Assembly (NCBI RefSeq): GCF_006345805.1
Contig: NC_043013.1
Span: 27,342,001-27,406,000 of the forward strand
Length of the DNA: 64,000 nucleotides
Direction of reading: 5' to 3'
From: Octopus sinensis
Lineage: Eukaryota
Shown here: positions 13,901 to 25,602 of the stretch, piece after piece
How positions within the stretch are numbered: the stretch's first letter is position 1
Layout of the letters: every line of letters begins with the position of its first letter
Position numbers and translations under genes: made by a program
The notes under the pieces: model-generated
What the model was told of the DNA's origin: nothing
Database searches by the model: none
The model's input: only the letters and a program-made list of their open reading frames with translations

Positions 13901-14813
13901 AATGAGTGTTTATTAAGTCAAGTTAGATATTTTATTTTATATACATTAATTTATACTCTACTTTAGAATGGCTTAAGACAACAAAAATTGTGAAGTTTGG
14001 GGGATTACAAAGTAAAATGGTTCTTAGTGGAATGATTCTTATGTCATTGATAAATATCAACACATCATTGGCCTAAAAACAGAACTTGAGATGTTTAGTC
14101 CTTTAGCATTCAGATAAAATTGCTTCCTCAACTTACCTGTGATTTCGAAGTACACAAGTTCAAGATCATATCAAGATCACAGTTGTTACGGCCAAATCCA
14201 TTAACGGAAGAACCAAACGGATATACATGACAGTGAGGAAATAGACTCTTCAACATGTCTTCCAGAGTTGAACAGATGAAAAAACGAAGACGCTGGCCTA
14301 AATCAGTTAAATGCAGGTGCTGATAAAGCATTTCCATTTGTTCTGTCATCTAAAAATAAAAGAAAAAATACATAAATAAGAAAGTCTTTTTCTTCATTTT
14401 TGTCTTTATTTCGTCAGGAAGGGAAGAACATCACCCATGAGCCTCTACTTTTTCAGGGCACCTGAAAGTGGTTGGTGAGAAGGAGTTGTCCTCACATTGA
14501 AGACCTGGTCTAAATGTTTGATTCAAAGTGGACACAGAATGCACCTAAGAACCAAGTGATGGTGTTAGACTAAAACAGTTTAAACTGACCACCCAAGAGC
14601 TCAAAATGCTCAGGACTGAAATAAATACAAGGCAGCTAAATCCAACCTTTTGACAATTCCACTGATCCCCAAACTGGGATTCAAAACAATGAAAAAGTTG
14701 ACCTTGGCAAGATTTGAACCAAGAACACAGAAAGCCAAAATAAATAAAACATCTGCCAATTTGCCACTTAGCAATAACATTTAATGCAGTGAGCATTAAG
14801 AATTTAACTAGAG

Positions 14814-14860
<47 letters not shown>

Positions 14861-17800
14861 CCTGTCTACTATAAGCACAAGGCCTGAAATTTGAGGGGAG
14901 GGGACTAGTCAATTACATCGACCCCAGTGTTTCACTGGTACTTAATTTATCAATCCCAAAAGGATGGAAGGCTAAGTCGACCTTGACAGAATTTGAATTC
15001 TAAACATAAAGATGGACGAAATGCCGCTAAGCATTCCACCCAGCATACTAACAATTCTGCCAGCTTGCTGCCTTAAAGATGATAGTAATAATCATTATTT
15101 AGCATCCACTTTTCCATGTTTGCATGGGTCAGACAGAATTTGTTGGGGCAGATTTTCTACAGCCGGATGCTTTTCCAGTTGCCAACACTTGCCTGTTTCC
15201 AAGCAAAGCAATATTTCCCCATGGCCAGACACATTTTTCACAGAAGACTAGCAACAAACAACCCTGATTGTAGTCACTCATCTACAATCATCACATGATG
15301 TCAAAACAAGGACACACACACACACATACATACAATTATGCATACACACAACAGGCTTCCACACAGTTACTGCCTACCAAATCCACTCACGTGGCATTGA
15401 TTGACCTGGCGCCGTGATAGCAGACTCTTGCCTGAAGTACCACACAGTGGGACTGAACCCAAAATCACATGATTGAGAAGCAAGCTTCTGAACCTCACAA
15501 CTTTGTCTGTGGTGACAAAAAAGAAACAGTATTAGTCAATAAATATTCATCATCATCATCATCATCGTTTAACGTCCGTTCTCCATGCTAGCATGGGTTG
15601 GACGGTTCGACCAGGGATCTGGGAAGCCAGAAGGCTGCACCAGGCTCCGGTCTTATCTGGCAAAGTTTTTACAGCTGGATGCCCTTCCTAACGCCAACCA
15701 CTCCGTGAGTGTAGTGGGTGCTTTTTACGTACCACCTGCACTGGTGCCAGGCAAGGCTGGCATCAGCCACGGTCGGATTGGTGCATTTTATGGAAGCCAG
15801 TCAAAGCGGCACTGGCTTCGGCTACGATTTGGATGGTGCTTTTTACGTGCCACCGACAAGTGTAAAATACCTAGTCTCAACATGTTGCCAATCCTCTATA
15901 ACAACTATTTCAATACACCTGCTCCTACTGACCCCTATATTATGGCCGCGACTGTATGTATTACCATCATCTTGCAAATACAGGTTACAACTCCAGGTAT
16001 GTTTCAGTATTATTTTGACCTCATAAGCAAGGCATAGCCTTCATTATATTTTCCAAAGCAGAGGGCAATGATTAGCATAAGAAAATAGGATTACTTAGAA
16101 ATTAAATAATTCAGAGACATCATCCATAAGACAACAAAAATTAAGTTATTAATATAGCAAGCCTTAGAAAACAGACTATGGCACTTGTCAAGAATAACTT
16201 GCAGCACAATTTCCTCTTACAACAATCTATGAATCATCAGTTCCTCCGTGTCATCCATCATTCTTAGACACCATGTGAAACACTACACAATGCATTGTGC
16301 TTTGCTTAATTACAATGTTTTTCTTTCATTTAAAAGAGTGTTTCACAATTCTAATTCAACCGTTTCAATTGATAAACAGATAAGATTTGTTACTTAGATA
16401 ATACAGGGTGCGTAAGGCATTCGAGAACATACCACTTTTGGGTCACTGCTGCATTTTTTGTTAACTCTGTATAATCTTTGTTTCAGAAAATAATAATGGC
16501 AGACCCTCAGCTTACTCAAGAAATAAAGAGGCATGTTGTTATTGTAGTTAAAAAAGCTGAGCAATATCTCGATTCTTAAAAGTTGCCAGATCTTTCATCT
16601 ACAAAGTTTGTAAGGAGCTAGAGACTGAAGATGAAAACATATCACCAGTAGCAAAGCATAAAAAGCATTCTAAATGCTCTGAAATCATCAGAACACCTGA
16701 ATTTATCCAACAAGTTCAACAGGCCATTGATTACAATCCCAGAAAGTTCATGAGGTCAATTGCAAAAGATCTCCAGGTGTCAGAAGGCACAGTCAGAAAT
16801 GTTGTCCACAAAGACATCAGATATAATTCTTATATGATGAGGAAGGGTCAATTTGTCAGAAAAAGCAAAAGAAAATCACTACATCAGATCTAAAAGGCTC
16901 TTACACAAACTGGAAAATCCAGCAGAGGATTTGAAGATTTTCTCAAACGAGAAAAACTTCGACCAAAATCAAAGTTAACAAAAGAAATGACAGATGGTTA
17001 TGTGCAAACCCATCTCAAGTTCCAAGTGTTATGCATACAAAATTTCCTGCAACTGTCATGGTTTTAGGGGTTGTTAGCATTGAAGGACAAGTGATGCCTC
17101 CTTACTTCTTTCCACAAGGCCTTAGAATTAACTCTGTCACCTACATTGGGGTCCAGGAAACAATTGTTACGCCCTGGATAGACAGCGTATGCAATGGAAG
17201 GCCATATGTGTTTCGGTAAGACTCTGCACTATCACACATGGCTCTAGTAACACAGGAATGGATGGCTGAAAATTTTCATGATCACATAACCCCTAACATT
17301 TGGCCTCCTAATTCCCCAGATTTCAATCCACTGGACTATTAAATGTGGAGCATTGATGAGAGAGAGATCAATGAACACGCCCATAGCACCAAAGATTCTT
17401 TGAAAGCTGCCATAGTCAGAGTAATGTCCAAAATGAACCAGGACCACTTGATTCGAGCTTGTAGATGATTTAGATTTCAAATAGAAGCAGTTGTTGAAGC
17501 TGAAGTTGGCTTTATTGAATAACATTATAGAAAAGAAGGTTTATTTTTATCCTTATAGCATTTTTGGCTAAATAAAATTATTATCTGTTATTACTGTTAT
17601 TATCAATGTTTTTTTTTGTTGTTGTTTTTTTATAAATATAAATCTATCCTCCGCACCCTGTATATTAGCAATAGAGCTGTTAACAGGATAATGATTGATT
17701 TGGTGTGTTAAGATCTTTGAAAAAGTTACTACTTCTGTAAATAGTAAAGGAATTATCGTAGATTATAATGACAAGAGAGTCTCACAAGTGAGAGGTTGTA

Positions 17801-18182
17801 TAAGAGAAAAATTGAATAGTAAAGTCAGAACATGCAACTACAGGAAAGAAAGAAATTGTCAACGTAACATAGAAGTTGAAAGAAAATTGGCTATGAAGCC
17901 GATGTAGCCAAGGGAGACAACTGATATAGTAGAGAAATTAATGACACAGGCGAAAAAGTTAGCTGAAGTGAGATCAAAAGTATAAGATATAAAAGCAGAT
18001 AAAGCTCAAATAACCTGTCCAATGCACGTCAGGTGTTGGAAACAAATAGCCACCACCACCACCCACCACTGCCGAATGAAATCGAAGACACGTAGCAAAA
18101 CATTATTAACAAAATTCGTGGATTTCTGCATCTAAATAGAATTAAGAATATTTATAAAATGATCAATTTTCGCAAAACTCAT

Positions 18183-18237
<55 letters not shown>

Positions 18238-19732
18238 GCCAAAGGCCTCAGTCATTGCCTTTGTGAGGCACAACACTCAAAGGGTACTTTTCACATGCCA
18301 CCGGCATTGGCCCCTTTGTCTCCATGAGGCCCAACTCTCAATGTTCTGAAAATGTAATTTTCCCAAATAAAGTGCACTTCTTATTGAAGCTATAGGATGC
18401 TACCCAGGGACTCAAGCTAATGGAAGTCATTATATAACCTTTGTTTTTTTTCTGGTGTCATCTCTTTTTTTCCTATTACCACTCTATACTCATCTAACAC
18501 CATGTCCTGAAACATATGCATATTGAGTTCTACACCAGGTTATTAGTCTCACTATGCCTAAGTGAAATATTAAAAAATTACATATTGTTACGCCGCACGC
18601 TCGACTCAGGACCCTAAGCCTTCTGGGTCGATAACGGGCCCTAAGTCGCGACGACGATCACGCTCAGTCAAACGGAAGCTCACCACAGAAAGCGGGGGTG
18701 GGCAGTGAACGCAAGCCAGAAACCAACACAACAACAACAAAGAAGAGAGGCAGCGGAGGCAACGTACATTTAACACTTTATAACTTCACAAAATCAATCA
18801 AAACATTTCAAAACAAAAGCATTTAACTACAAGGTTAACAAACATTTAACAGATCGTACAGAGTTAAAAAAAAAATAATCAATGCATTTAGCAAAATACA
18901 ACGCCCGACAACAATCAGTTGACATGCAACACAATACAGAATTTGGGAAACAATCAAAACAAATAGTCTTTCTCTTTCTTTTCCTTCTTTTTACAGTCTC
19001 TTTCTCTTTCCTTTTCTCCTTCTAACACAATGTTCTTTTTCTTTTAGAAACACATCTGTCCAACCCATGCTAGCATGGAGAACGGACGCTAAATGATGAT
19101 CTTACAGTTCTCTTTTTTTTCCTTTTCTTTTCAACAGATTACGTCATAGAGTCCTCCTTTTTTTTACATTCACACATCAAAGTTCAAAACATAAATAAAC
19201 ATTACCACATCTTCCTCATCCGCAACACTCAAAACAAAACTCCACTATATCAGTCCGAATTCAAAATGTCTCTCTCTGCCCCCTACACTGTCATCTTCTT
19301 TACTACCTCTATCTGTCTCTCGCCGTCTTCATCTCTAACTCCCTGCCTGTCTTCTTCACTTCGCCATTATCATCTCTTGGCTGGCTGTCCGCATCAACTG
19401 ACCATCTCTCCAAACTACTGCCTCTTGCTAACTGACATCTCCAACACCAATGCCCATCGCATTTATAAAGGGTGGCATTTTTGTTTTTTTATAAACTTTC
19501 CCTGACCATGCTGGGATCAGAGATCAGTCCCTAAAATCATTATTTACCATGGCTGTTGACAGGTCAAAGGAGATTTTTTCGTCGTCCTGAACAACTGGAG
19601 TGCCAGTTCAACTCCAACCAACGGAACTAGGGCACAATGTTCTCCTGTTAATTTACCTCCGTAACAATATACATATATATATGGTCCAACCCATTCTAGC
19701 ATGGAAAACGGACATTAAATGATGATGATGAT

Positions 19733-19770
<38 letters not shown>

Positions 19771-22700
19771 CACCAAACGACCATGGCCGTTGCCAGCCTC
19801 CTCTGGCCCCTGTGCCAGTGACACGTAAAAAGCACCCACTACACTCATGGAGTGGTTGGTGTTAGGAAGGGCATCCACCTGTGGAAACTCTGCCAGATCA
19901 GACTGGAGCCTGGACAGCCTCCTGGCTGCCCAGACCCCAGTCAGACTGTCCAACCCATGCTAGCATGGAAAACGGATGTTTGATGATGATATAAGTAAAC
20001 AAATGGGGTGTGAGTTGTGTTACATGGATACATCAAGGGTTGAACAGACAGAACACAACAAGGAGAACTTAGACAAAAGCAGAGCAAACAGGAAACTAAA
20101 CGAAAACTTAACGGACAGGAAATATAGACAAAGACACGATACACAGAATATTTGCAGTTAATGACCCAAAATATCGTGTATTGTGTCTTCATCTATATTT
20201 CCTGTCTGTTAAGTTTTTGTCTAGCTTGCCATTTGCTCTACTTTTGTCTCACTTTTTCTCCTTGTGTTCTGTCTGTTCAACTCTTGATATAAATACACAC
20301 ACACACATATGATGGGCTTCTTTCAGTTTCTATCTACCAAATCCATTGACAAGGCTAAAATATAAGACACTTGCTGAAGGTGCCACATGGAGAGACTGAA
20401 CCAGAGACCACACGGTTGGGAAGCAAGCTTCTAAACCACACAGCCACAACTGTACCTAAGCCACCCCTGCACCCATACAAGGGTGGAACTCGAGTACATC
20501 AAGTTAGGACATGCAACAGCTTGAAAGGAACGGATGAAGCATCATCTGTTTCCAACCACAACTCACCATCACTGTCACCAGTATTACTTCCATGCTTTCA
20601 TACTTACAGAGTCGACAGCACCAAGATCAGACAACAGCAAAGGTGTTTCTTCAATGGAACGGACAAGCGAAGATCCAGTAGGAATTTCTGCCTTCTTTTT
20701 GCTAAACTGTGATGGCAAACACAACAGACGGGTTTCAGCAGGTATTTTTTTGTCATTCTGAAAATGGCTAACAGAAGACAGCAAATTTGGAATACAGGAT
20801 TGCTTCTTAAATTCAATAAGAACGTAATTCTTTACATTTTGGAAATGCATGGCATTTGCTATTTTACCAAATTGTTGGCAATACTGATAGACATAATTGC
20901 TCTCTTCTTTGTTGTTCAGCTTAACCAGAATGCTTCTGTGGGCTTCAGCTTTTCGTTCTATGCAAAGTTGGCTGAAACTCTTCCGATAGGTGTTATAACC
21001 GGATGATTTGCTTCCTGTAAAAATAAGCAGAAAAAAAAAGGGATCAGATATGTTGATTAATTTCTAAATGAGAGGAGATTTGGTTATAATTTTTCAAACT
21101 ATTAATGTAATCTTTAGCAATTTTTTAAAATTTCAGTCACTGGATTGTGGCCATGCTTGAGCATTATCTTCAAAGGTTTTTGACAATCATATAAACCCAA
21201 GTATTTATTTTCAAGTCTGGTATCTATTTGTCAAACCACTAAGTTATGGAGCATAAGCATAAACGTGGACACACACATAAATACACAGGTACGTACGCAC
21301 ACACACATATGATGAGTTTCTTTCAGTTTCTGTCAAGCACAAGCACTCACAAGGCTCTGGTCAGTTAAGGGCTATTGTAGAAGACACTTTCTCCAAGGTG
21401 CCAAACAGTGGGACTGAACCCAAGACCACATATTCACACTTGTAAGGTGGCAAGCTGACAAAATGGAAATTTTAGCTGTGATCCCTGTGCCGGTGGCACG
21501 TAAAAAGCACCAACTGATTGTAGCCGTTGCCAGCCTCGCCTGGCACATAAAAAGCACCCACTACACTCACAGAGCGGTTGGCATTAGGAAGGGCATCCAG
21601 GTGTAGAAACACTGCCAGATCAGACTGGAGCAGCCTTCTGGCTTCCCAGACTCCAGTCGAACCGTCCAACCCATGCTAGCAAACGGACATTAAACGATGA
21701 TAATGCTGTACACTTTGATTAACATACCTATTCTATTGACAAATATATTACTATATTTTTTCCTGACTAATGGATTTTTATATGGCTATATATATATATA
21801 TATATATATATATTGTATTTGCAAGATTCTTCATGTGGACTTGTGTGTTGAAACAAATTGTTTTGTATCGTGAGAGGGTCATTACGTGAAGTAATCAGTT
21901 AGTAGGTTGGTTAACTAACCAAATGACTAACAATAAAGAAAACTAACCAGTGCGCGTTAATTATTGGCATAATGACCCTCCAAGGATACAGCATACAAAC
22001 ACTTTAGTTGACCAATGTTTTTTCTTGTATACCATAACTTGACCCCAGTACCTGACTGGTACTTATTTCATCAGAAAATACCCGGAAAATTGAAATGCAA
22101 AATCGACCTCAACGGAATTTGAACAGAGAACGTAAAGGGCCATAACTAAATACCTGTGAACACTTTTACCCAACATTTTAACGATTCTCTAACAAGAACA
22201 CGTTTCTCAAACTAAGATCTCTGTAACGTGGGGTCCGCGACCTGGCTGTAACTATTTCACTTCGCTTACATCGATAATGACCTTGAGAAAGGCATAAATG
22301 TCACAACACAGTCTTTTTTGTAATATCTTGCCAACAGGTAGATTGTCATTGGCGTGTTTTGTGGAGAGTTATTTTTTTTTTTCCGTTTCCAAGACCTCAT
22401 GAAAATGTTTACCTTGTTCCAGGAACATACCAAAGTGCTTTTTAATTATTTATTACAAAACTAAAAAACGAAACTAGAAATTGCTTGATTCTATCGTTAG
22501 CGGGTCTTCAGTGAATTTCATATCGGAAACGGAAGGGTCAGACGTTTAAAAATTATGGATTTTAGAAAAGGCTCCCCTCCCAAATATTGTTTTATAAATG
22601 CACGGTGCAAAAAGAATTGTAAAAATCCCTACCAAAACAGAGAAATTCCAACTTGTTTGGGATAGTTTTTCAGAAAGTTCAAAACAAAGTCACATTCGAT

Positions 22701-23454
22701 GAAGAAAGCCATACATTATAGGAAAAATAACTAAATATCCTTTACTTCACTTTTACCCAGAAAACAAAAAAAAACATTCACTTTTTACAAGATAAACTCT
22801 TATTATTATTAAACAGAACCGAATTCCGGCGAATAACTAAACCCTTGAAAGACCTCATTATTGTTTGACCCAAGGTTAAGAGTTAGCACAACACGATCAA
22901 ACTATAACCAGACATCACAGCAAAGACAGTCCTATGTTTTCCCAGGGACCACATTATTCATTCAATATATATATCCTTCTTTTCTAAGACAGAAGACTAT
23001 TATTTGAGAAATTCTATTATTAGGACGGAGACCAGGAATACAAACAATACGTGAGGGTGTATTTCATAAACAACAAGTCCTTTAAACCTTACTACAATAT
23101 ATGTTATTGTTTAACGTCAGGTCTGCTCTGAGCAAAAGTGTTCCACTTGTAACAATCCCAATATTTTTGTACATGTATGACTACACTGTCTGTGTCATTT
23201 GTTTTTCAGTGCGAATTGATAGAGAGAGAGAAAGTGATTTGTCTGCTATTTCTAGCAGGTCGAGCGACTGTGTAGTAGCTTCCTTGTTGGTTCGACTGGA
23301 ATATTAAACATTGTTATATAGATGTGTGTGTACATTCTTATGTGTTACAGATACAGAAATGACCCATACCTTCTTTAATCCTAGGTGCGGAATATGAATA
23401 ATTCCTAATAGGACGGGCAAACTTAGACACGGACGACATCATTATTGAGGCCAT
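7043..23454 (-). CDS. MTPAP: Mitochondrial poly(A) polymerase (PAPD1/MTPAP), 7 exons, 503 aa: join(23454-23370, 21014-20608, 14349-14137, 12674-12457, 11672-11452, 8990-8934, 7353-7043)
   Basis: Exons were joined by hand. All six introns are GT..AG with consistent phases (1,0,0,2,1,1), giving 1512 nt. The protein has an Arg/Ser-rich N-terminal presequence, an RL/RRM-like domain, the Pol-beta NTase motif [28 protein letters not shown], and the PAP-associated motif [17 protein letters not shown]. Confidence 0.9.
8056..8490 (-). mobile_element. 5'-truncated RTE-clade LINE (ORF2 C-terminus, 3' UTR and (GAT)n tail)
   Basis: [46 protein letters not shown] is typical of the RTE C-terminus. It is joined to the abundant (CAT)n-tailed repeat seen many times in this window. 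Confidence 0.75.
8934..8990 (-). CDS. MTPAP: MTPAP exon 6 (57 nt; [18 protein letters not shown])
   Basis: tttttttag acceptor and G|GTAAGA donor; symmetric phase 1-1. ETL fits the position immediately upstream of LLxEFF. Confidence 0.7.
9502..9814. mobile_element. hAT (Charlie-like) MITE inserted next to or within an RTE remnant
   Basis: Ends CAGTGGTTCCCAAA / TCTGGTAACCACTG; 8-bp TSD ctctaaag / ctgtaaag. Confidence 0.8.
9815..10170 (-). mobile_element. RTE-clade LINE remnant (ORF2 C-terminus)
   Basis: [35 protein letters not shown] matches the RTE G.R.RGRP...W.D motif. Confidence 0.65.
11452..11672 (-). CDS. MTPAP: MTPAP exon 5 ([16 protein letters not shown]...[23 protein letters not shown])
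   Basis: ttttccag acceptor, G|GTAAGA donor, phase 2 to 1; typical non-canonical PAP fingers region. Confidence 0.92.
12457..12674 (-). CDS. MTPAP: MTPAP exon 4 (third catalytic Asp: ARVPIIKF...ECDLS)
   Basis: tttcag acceptor, AC|GTAAGC donor, phase 0 to 2. Confidence 0.92.
14137..14349 (-). CDS. MTPAP: MTPAP exon 3 (catalytic GS..DxD motif)
   Basis: tttttag acceptor, CAG|GTAAGT donor; [18 protein letters not shown]. Confidence 0.92.
14814..14860. repeat. (AAT)n microsatellite at a SINE tail
   Basis: Direct reading of the sequence. Confidence 0.95.
15548..15858 (-). mobile_element. (GAT)n-tailed RTE-related retro-insertion (LINE 3' end or partner SINE); representative copy
   Basis: catcatcatcgtttaacgtccg..ccatgctagcatgggttggac..gctggatgcccttcctaacgccaaccac. 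Other approximate copies: 5940-6150, 11898-12090, 12740-12930, 12975-13262(+), 13535-13780, 19780-19992(+), 21480-21705(+), 26496-26668(+), 42254-42414. Confidence 0.85.
16404..17660 (+). mobile_element. Decayed DD37D (maT) Tc1/mariner transposon in MTPAP intron 2
   Basis: TA-flanked CAGGGTGCG...CGCACCCTG ends. Remnants [30 protein letters not shown]...[13 protein letters not shown] have 37 residues between the 2nd and 3rd Asp. Stops and frameshifts are present. Confidence 0.88.
18586..19666. mobile_element. Solo LTR (Gypsy-like)
   Basis: Termini TGTTACG...CGTAACA (TG..CA inverted ends) flanked by a 4-bp ATAT duplication. Strong strand compositional skew and no coding region. Confidence 0.7.
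20030..20290. repeat. Fold-back inverted repeat (about 115-bp arms), probable MITE
   Basis: atcaagggttgaacagacagaacaca...ttaacggacaggaaatatagacaaagacacgatacac pairs with gtgtattgtgtcttcatctatatttcctgtctgttaa...tgtgttctgtctgttcaactcttgat. Confidence 0.8.
20608..21014 (-). CDS. MTPAP: MTPAP exon 2 (RL domain: [20 protein letters not shown]...[10 protein letters not shown]...VLIEF...PAETRLL)
   Basis: Acceptor tttttacag, donor TCT|GTAAGT, open frame throughout; extends ORF 20584..20850 upstream. Confidence 0.85.
23370..23454 (-). CDS. MTPAP: MTPAP exon 1 ([28 protein letters not shown]), putative mitochondrial targeting peptide
   Basis: ATG at 23454; donor AAG|GTATGG in phase 1 matches the exon 2 acceptor phase. 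The peptide is basic and hydroxylated with no acidic residues until its end, and has an RNY|S R-3-like cleavage motif. It is too short to appear in the ORF track. Confidence 0.8.
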
Positions 23455-25465
23455 GTGCTGCTAATTGCATTCAACGCACGGCCCTCAATTACTAAACCAG
23501 TACAACGAACAAGAGGCATCTGGTCGAATTGAAATTTTTTTATTTAAGTATCACAGCGATAAGGCACCAAAAGGGAATGACTCTCCCCAGAAACAACAGC
23601 AATAAATAGTCTTCTTTAAATAAAAAGAAAATTTTAAAAGTGAGGAAAAATATATTTTCATAAATATCAGAAACCATAATTTTGACACCAAATAATAAAT
23701 ATTTAAGTGAAGTTTTTTGAATGATCAATCTGTTTCTGCAACGTCGCAATCGTTTTAGTTTTAAGACACGGTCTCATATATAATCATTCGCCTGGAAAGT
23801 TCATCTCCAAAATAAACATATATAAATAGTTTGATATCAGATTATTTCCCTAAAAACCGATGAGCAAATATGCCCAATATATCTTGTTGAATGTTCGAGT
23901 TATTAGGGTACTAATGCTTTTACAGGGTTGGCAGGTATCCTGTTGCATTGGCCCAAATTTGTTACCTTGTTAGTCAAACATTTAATTACATCATTGATTA
24001 GCGAATAAACCTCTACTGATATGATCTTGTTAAATTTCTTCAGCCCACTCCAAGTTTTTCAAATTTTCAACAGGTTATTTTTAGAAAAAAATGTAATTCT
24101 GATGTAATTTTGCATGCGGATGACGAAATTCACATTTTTTTTTCCTGGAAATTTGAAAATGGAAAACTTGAAATGGTTGGGAGAAATTTAACGATCTCAA
24201 GATCCCAGAAATGAAATAATATACTGTTCAATGACCTGACCTATTGACAATGAAATCATTTTCTGCCGGTGACTTGTTACTTTGGTCTAATCTTCGACGG
24301 ACCGATAAACAAAGAAACAATTTACGATAATTTCAATATCTAAATTGGAAATGGAAGACAATACAAACGGAACACACACACACACACATCTTTTACTTGT
24401 CTCAGTCATCGGATTGCGACAGTGCTTGGGGTATCACCTTTAGTCGAAAAAAATTGATCCCTAGTACTTATTTTTTAACCTTGGTAGGTAAATTTATAGA
24501 ACACTCCTCTCGATTTCAGTGGAAAATAATTATTTTTATTCGTGTTTTCGTGTATTATAAATCAATCTAACCTCCGAACATGCTGCAGGGGATTTTCCCC
24601 ACCCGCTCACACCCCAAAAAACAGAGGGGAACCTCAGATCCCTCCTACCACCCTGGAGTTTTCTCTACTTTTTTTCCGTGTTATCAAAAAATATAACCTC
24701 TAAACCAATCGGAATCGACTGACTTTGTAGAAAAATGGAGGAGGAAGGTGGGTAGAGAGAGACGACCGTAATTTCGTAGATCTGTAATCCCCTTGTATTT
24801 GATGAGAAATCATTTTTTTCGTTTAAATCCATTACAGCCAATCTAATATAAGATTGTTGGGAGTTTTATTTTTTCTGTGGCTGTGTGGTAAGAAGCTTGT
24901 TTCCCAACCACATGGTTCTGGGTTCAGTCCCACTGCGTGGTACCTTGAGTAAGTGTCTTCTACAATAGTTTCGGGCCAACTAAGGCCTTGTGAGTGGGCT
25001 TGGTAGACGGAAACTGAAAGAAGCCCATCGTATATGTATTTGTGTGTGTGTGTTTGTAGTTATGTAGATATCTTTGTGTCTGTTTGTCCCCCCCCCCCAA
25101 CTACTCTTCGCTTGACAGCCGATGTCGGTGTGTTTACGTCCCCGTAAACTTGCGGTTCGGCAAAAGAGGCCGATAGAATAAGGTATAGAGTTGATTTCTT
25201 CGACTAAAAGGCGACGCTCTTGCATGGCCACAGTCAAATGACTGAAACAAGTAAAAGAATAACACACATACACACACACAGCATTGAATCAGCTGCACAA
25301 GACTTACAGTTTTGTAAGTGTTGGACATGTCCATCCCATTAGATGAGGTGTCCTACACCCACGAAACCAGAGAATGTGGGGCTCTGTCAAACTGTTATCA
25401 AATACATTTATCTCCAACCAAATATGTTGAGAGTTACTTTCTTTCACTCATTCACAAGCATATAA

Positions 25466-25602
25466 CATACATACATGCATGCATGCATGCATACATACAT
25501 ACATACATACATACATACATACATACATACATACATACATACATACATACATACATACATACATGCATGCATGCATGCATGCATGCATACATACATACAT
25601 AC
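25466..25602. repeat. (ACAT)n/(GCAT)n microsatellite
   Basis: Direct reading of the sequence. Confidence 0.95.

Noticed and set aside
15585-16037. 150-aa ORF as a novel gene
   Set aside because: It is made up of the RTE-tail repeat and the captured Tc1 fragment.
23540-23749. ORF as MTPAP first exon
   Set aside because: It has a non-ATG start and no suitable donor; 23454-23370 fits both the phase and the targeting-peptide features.
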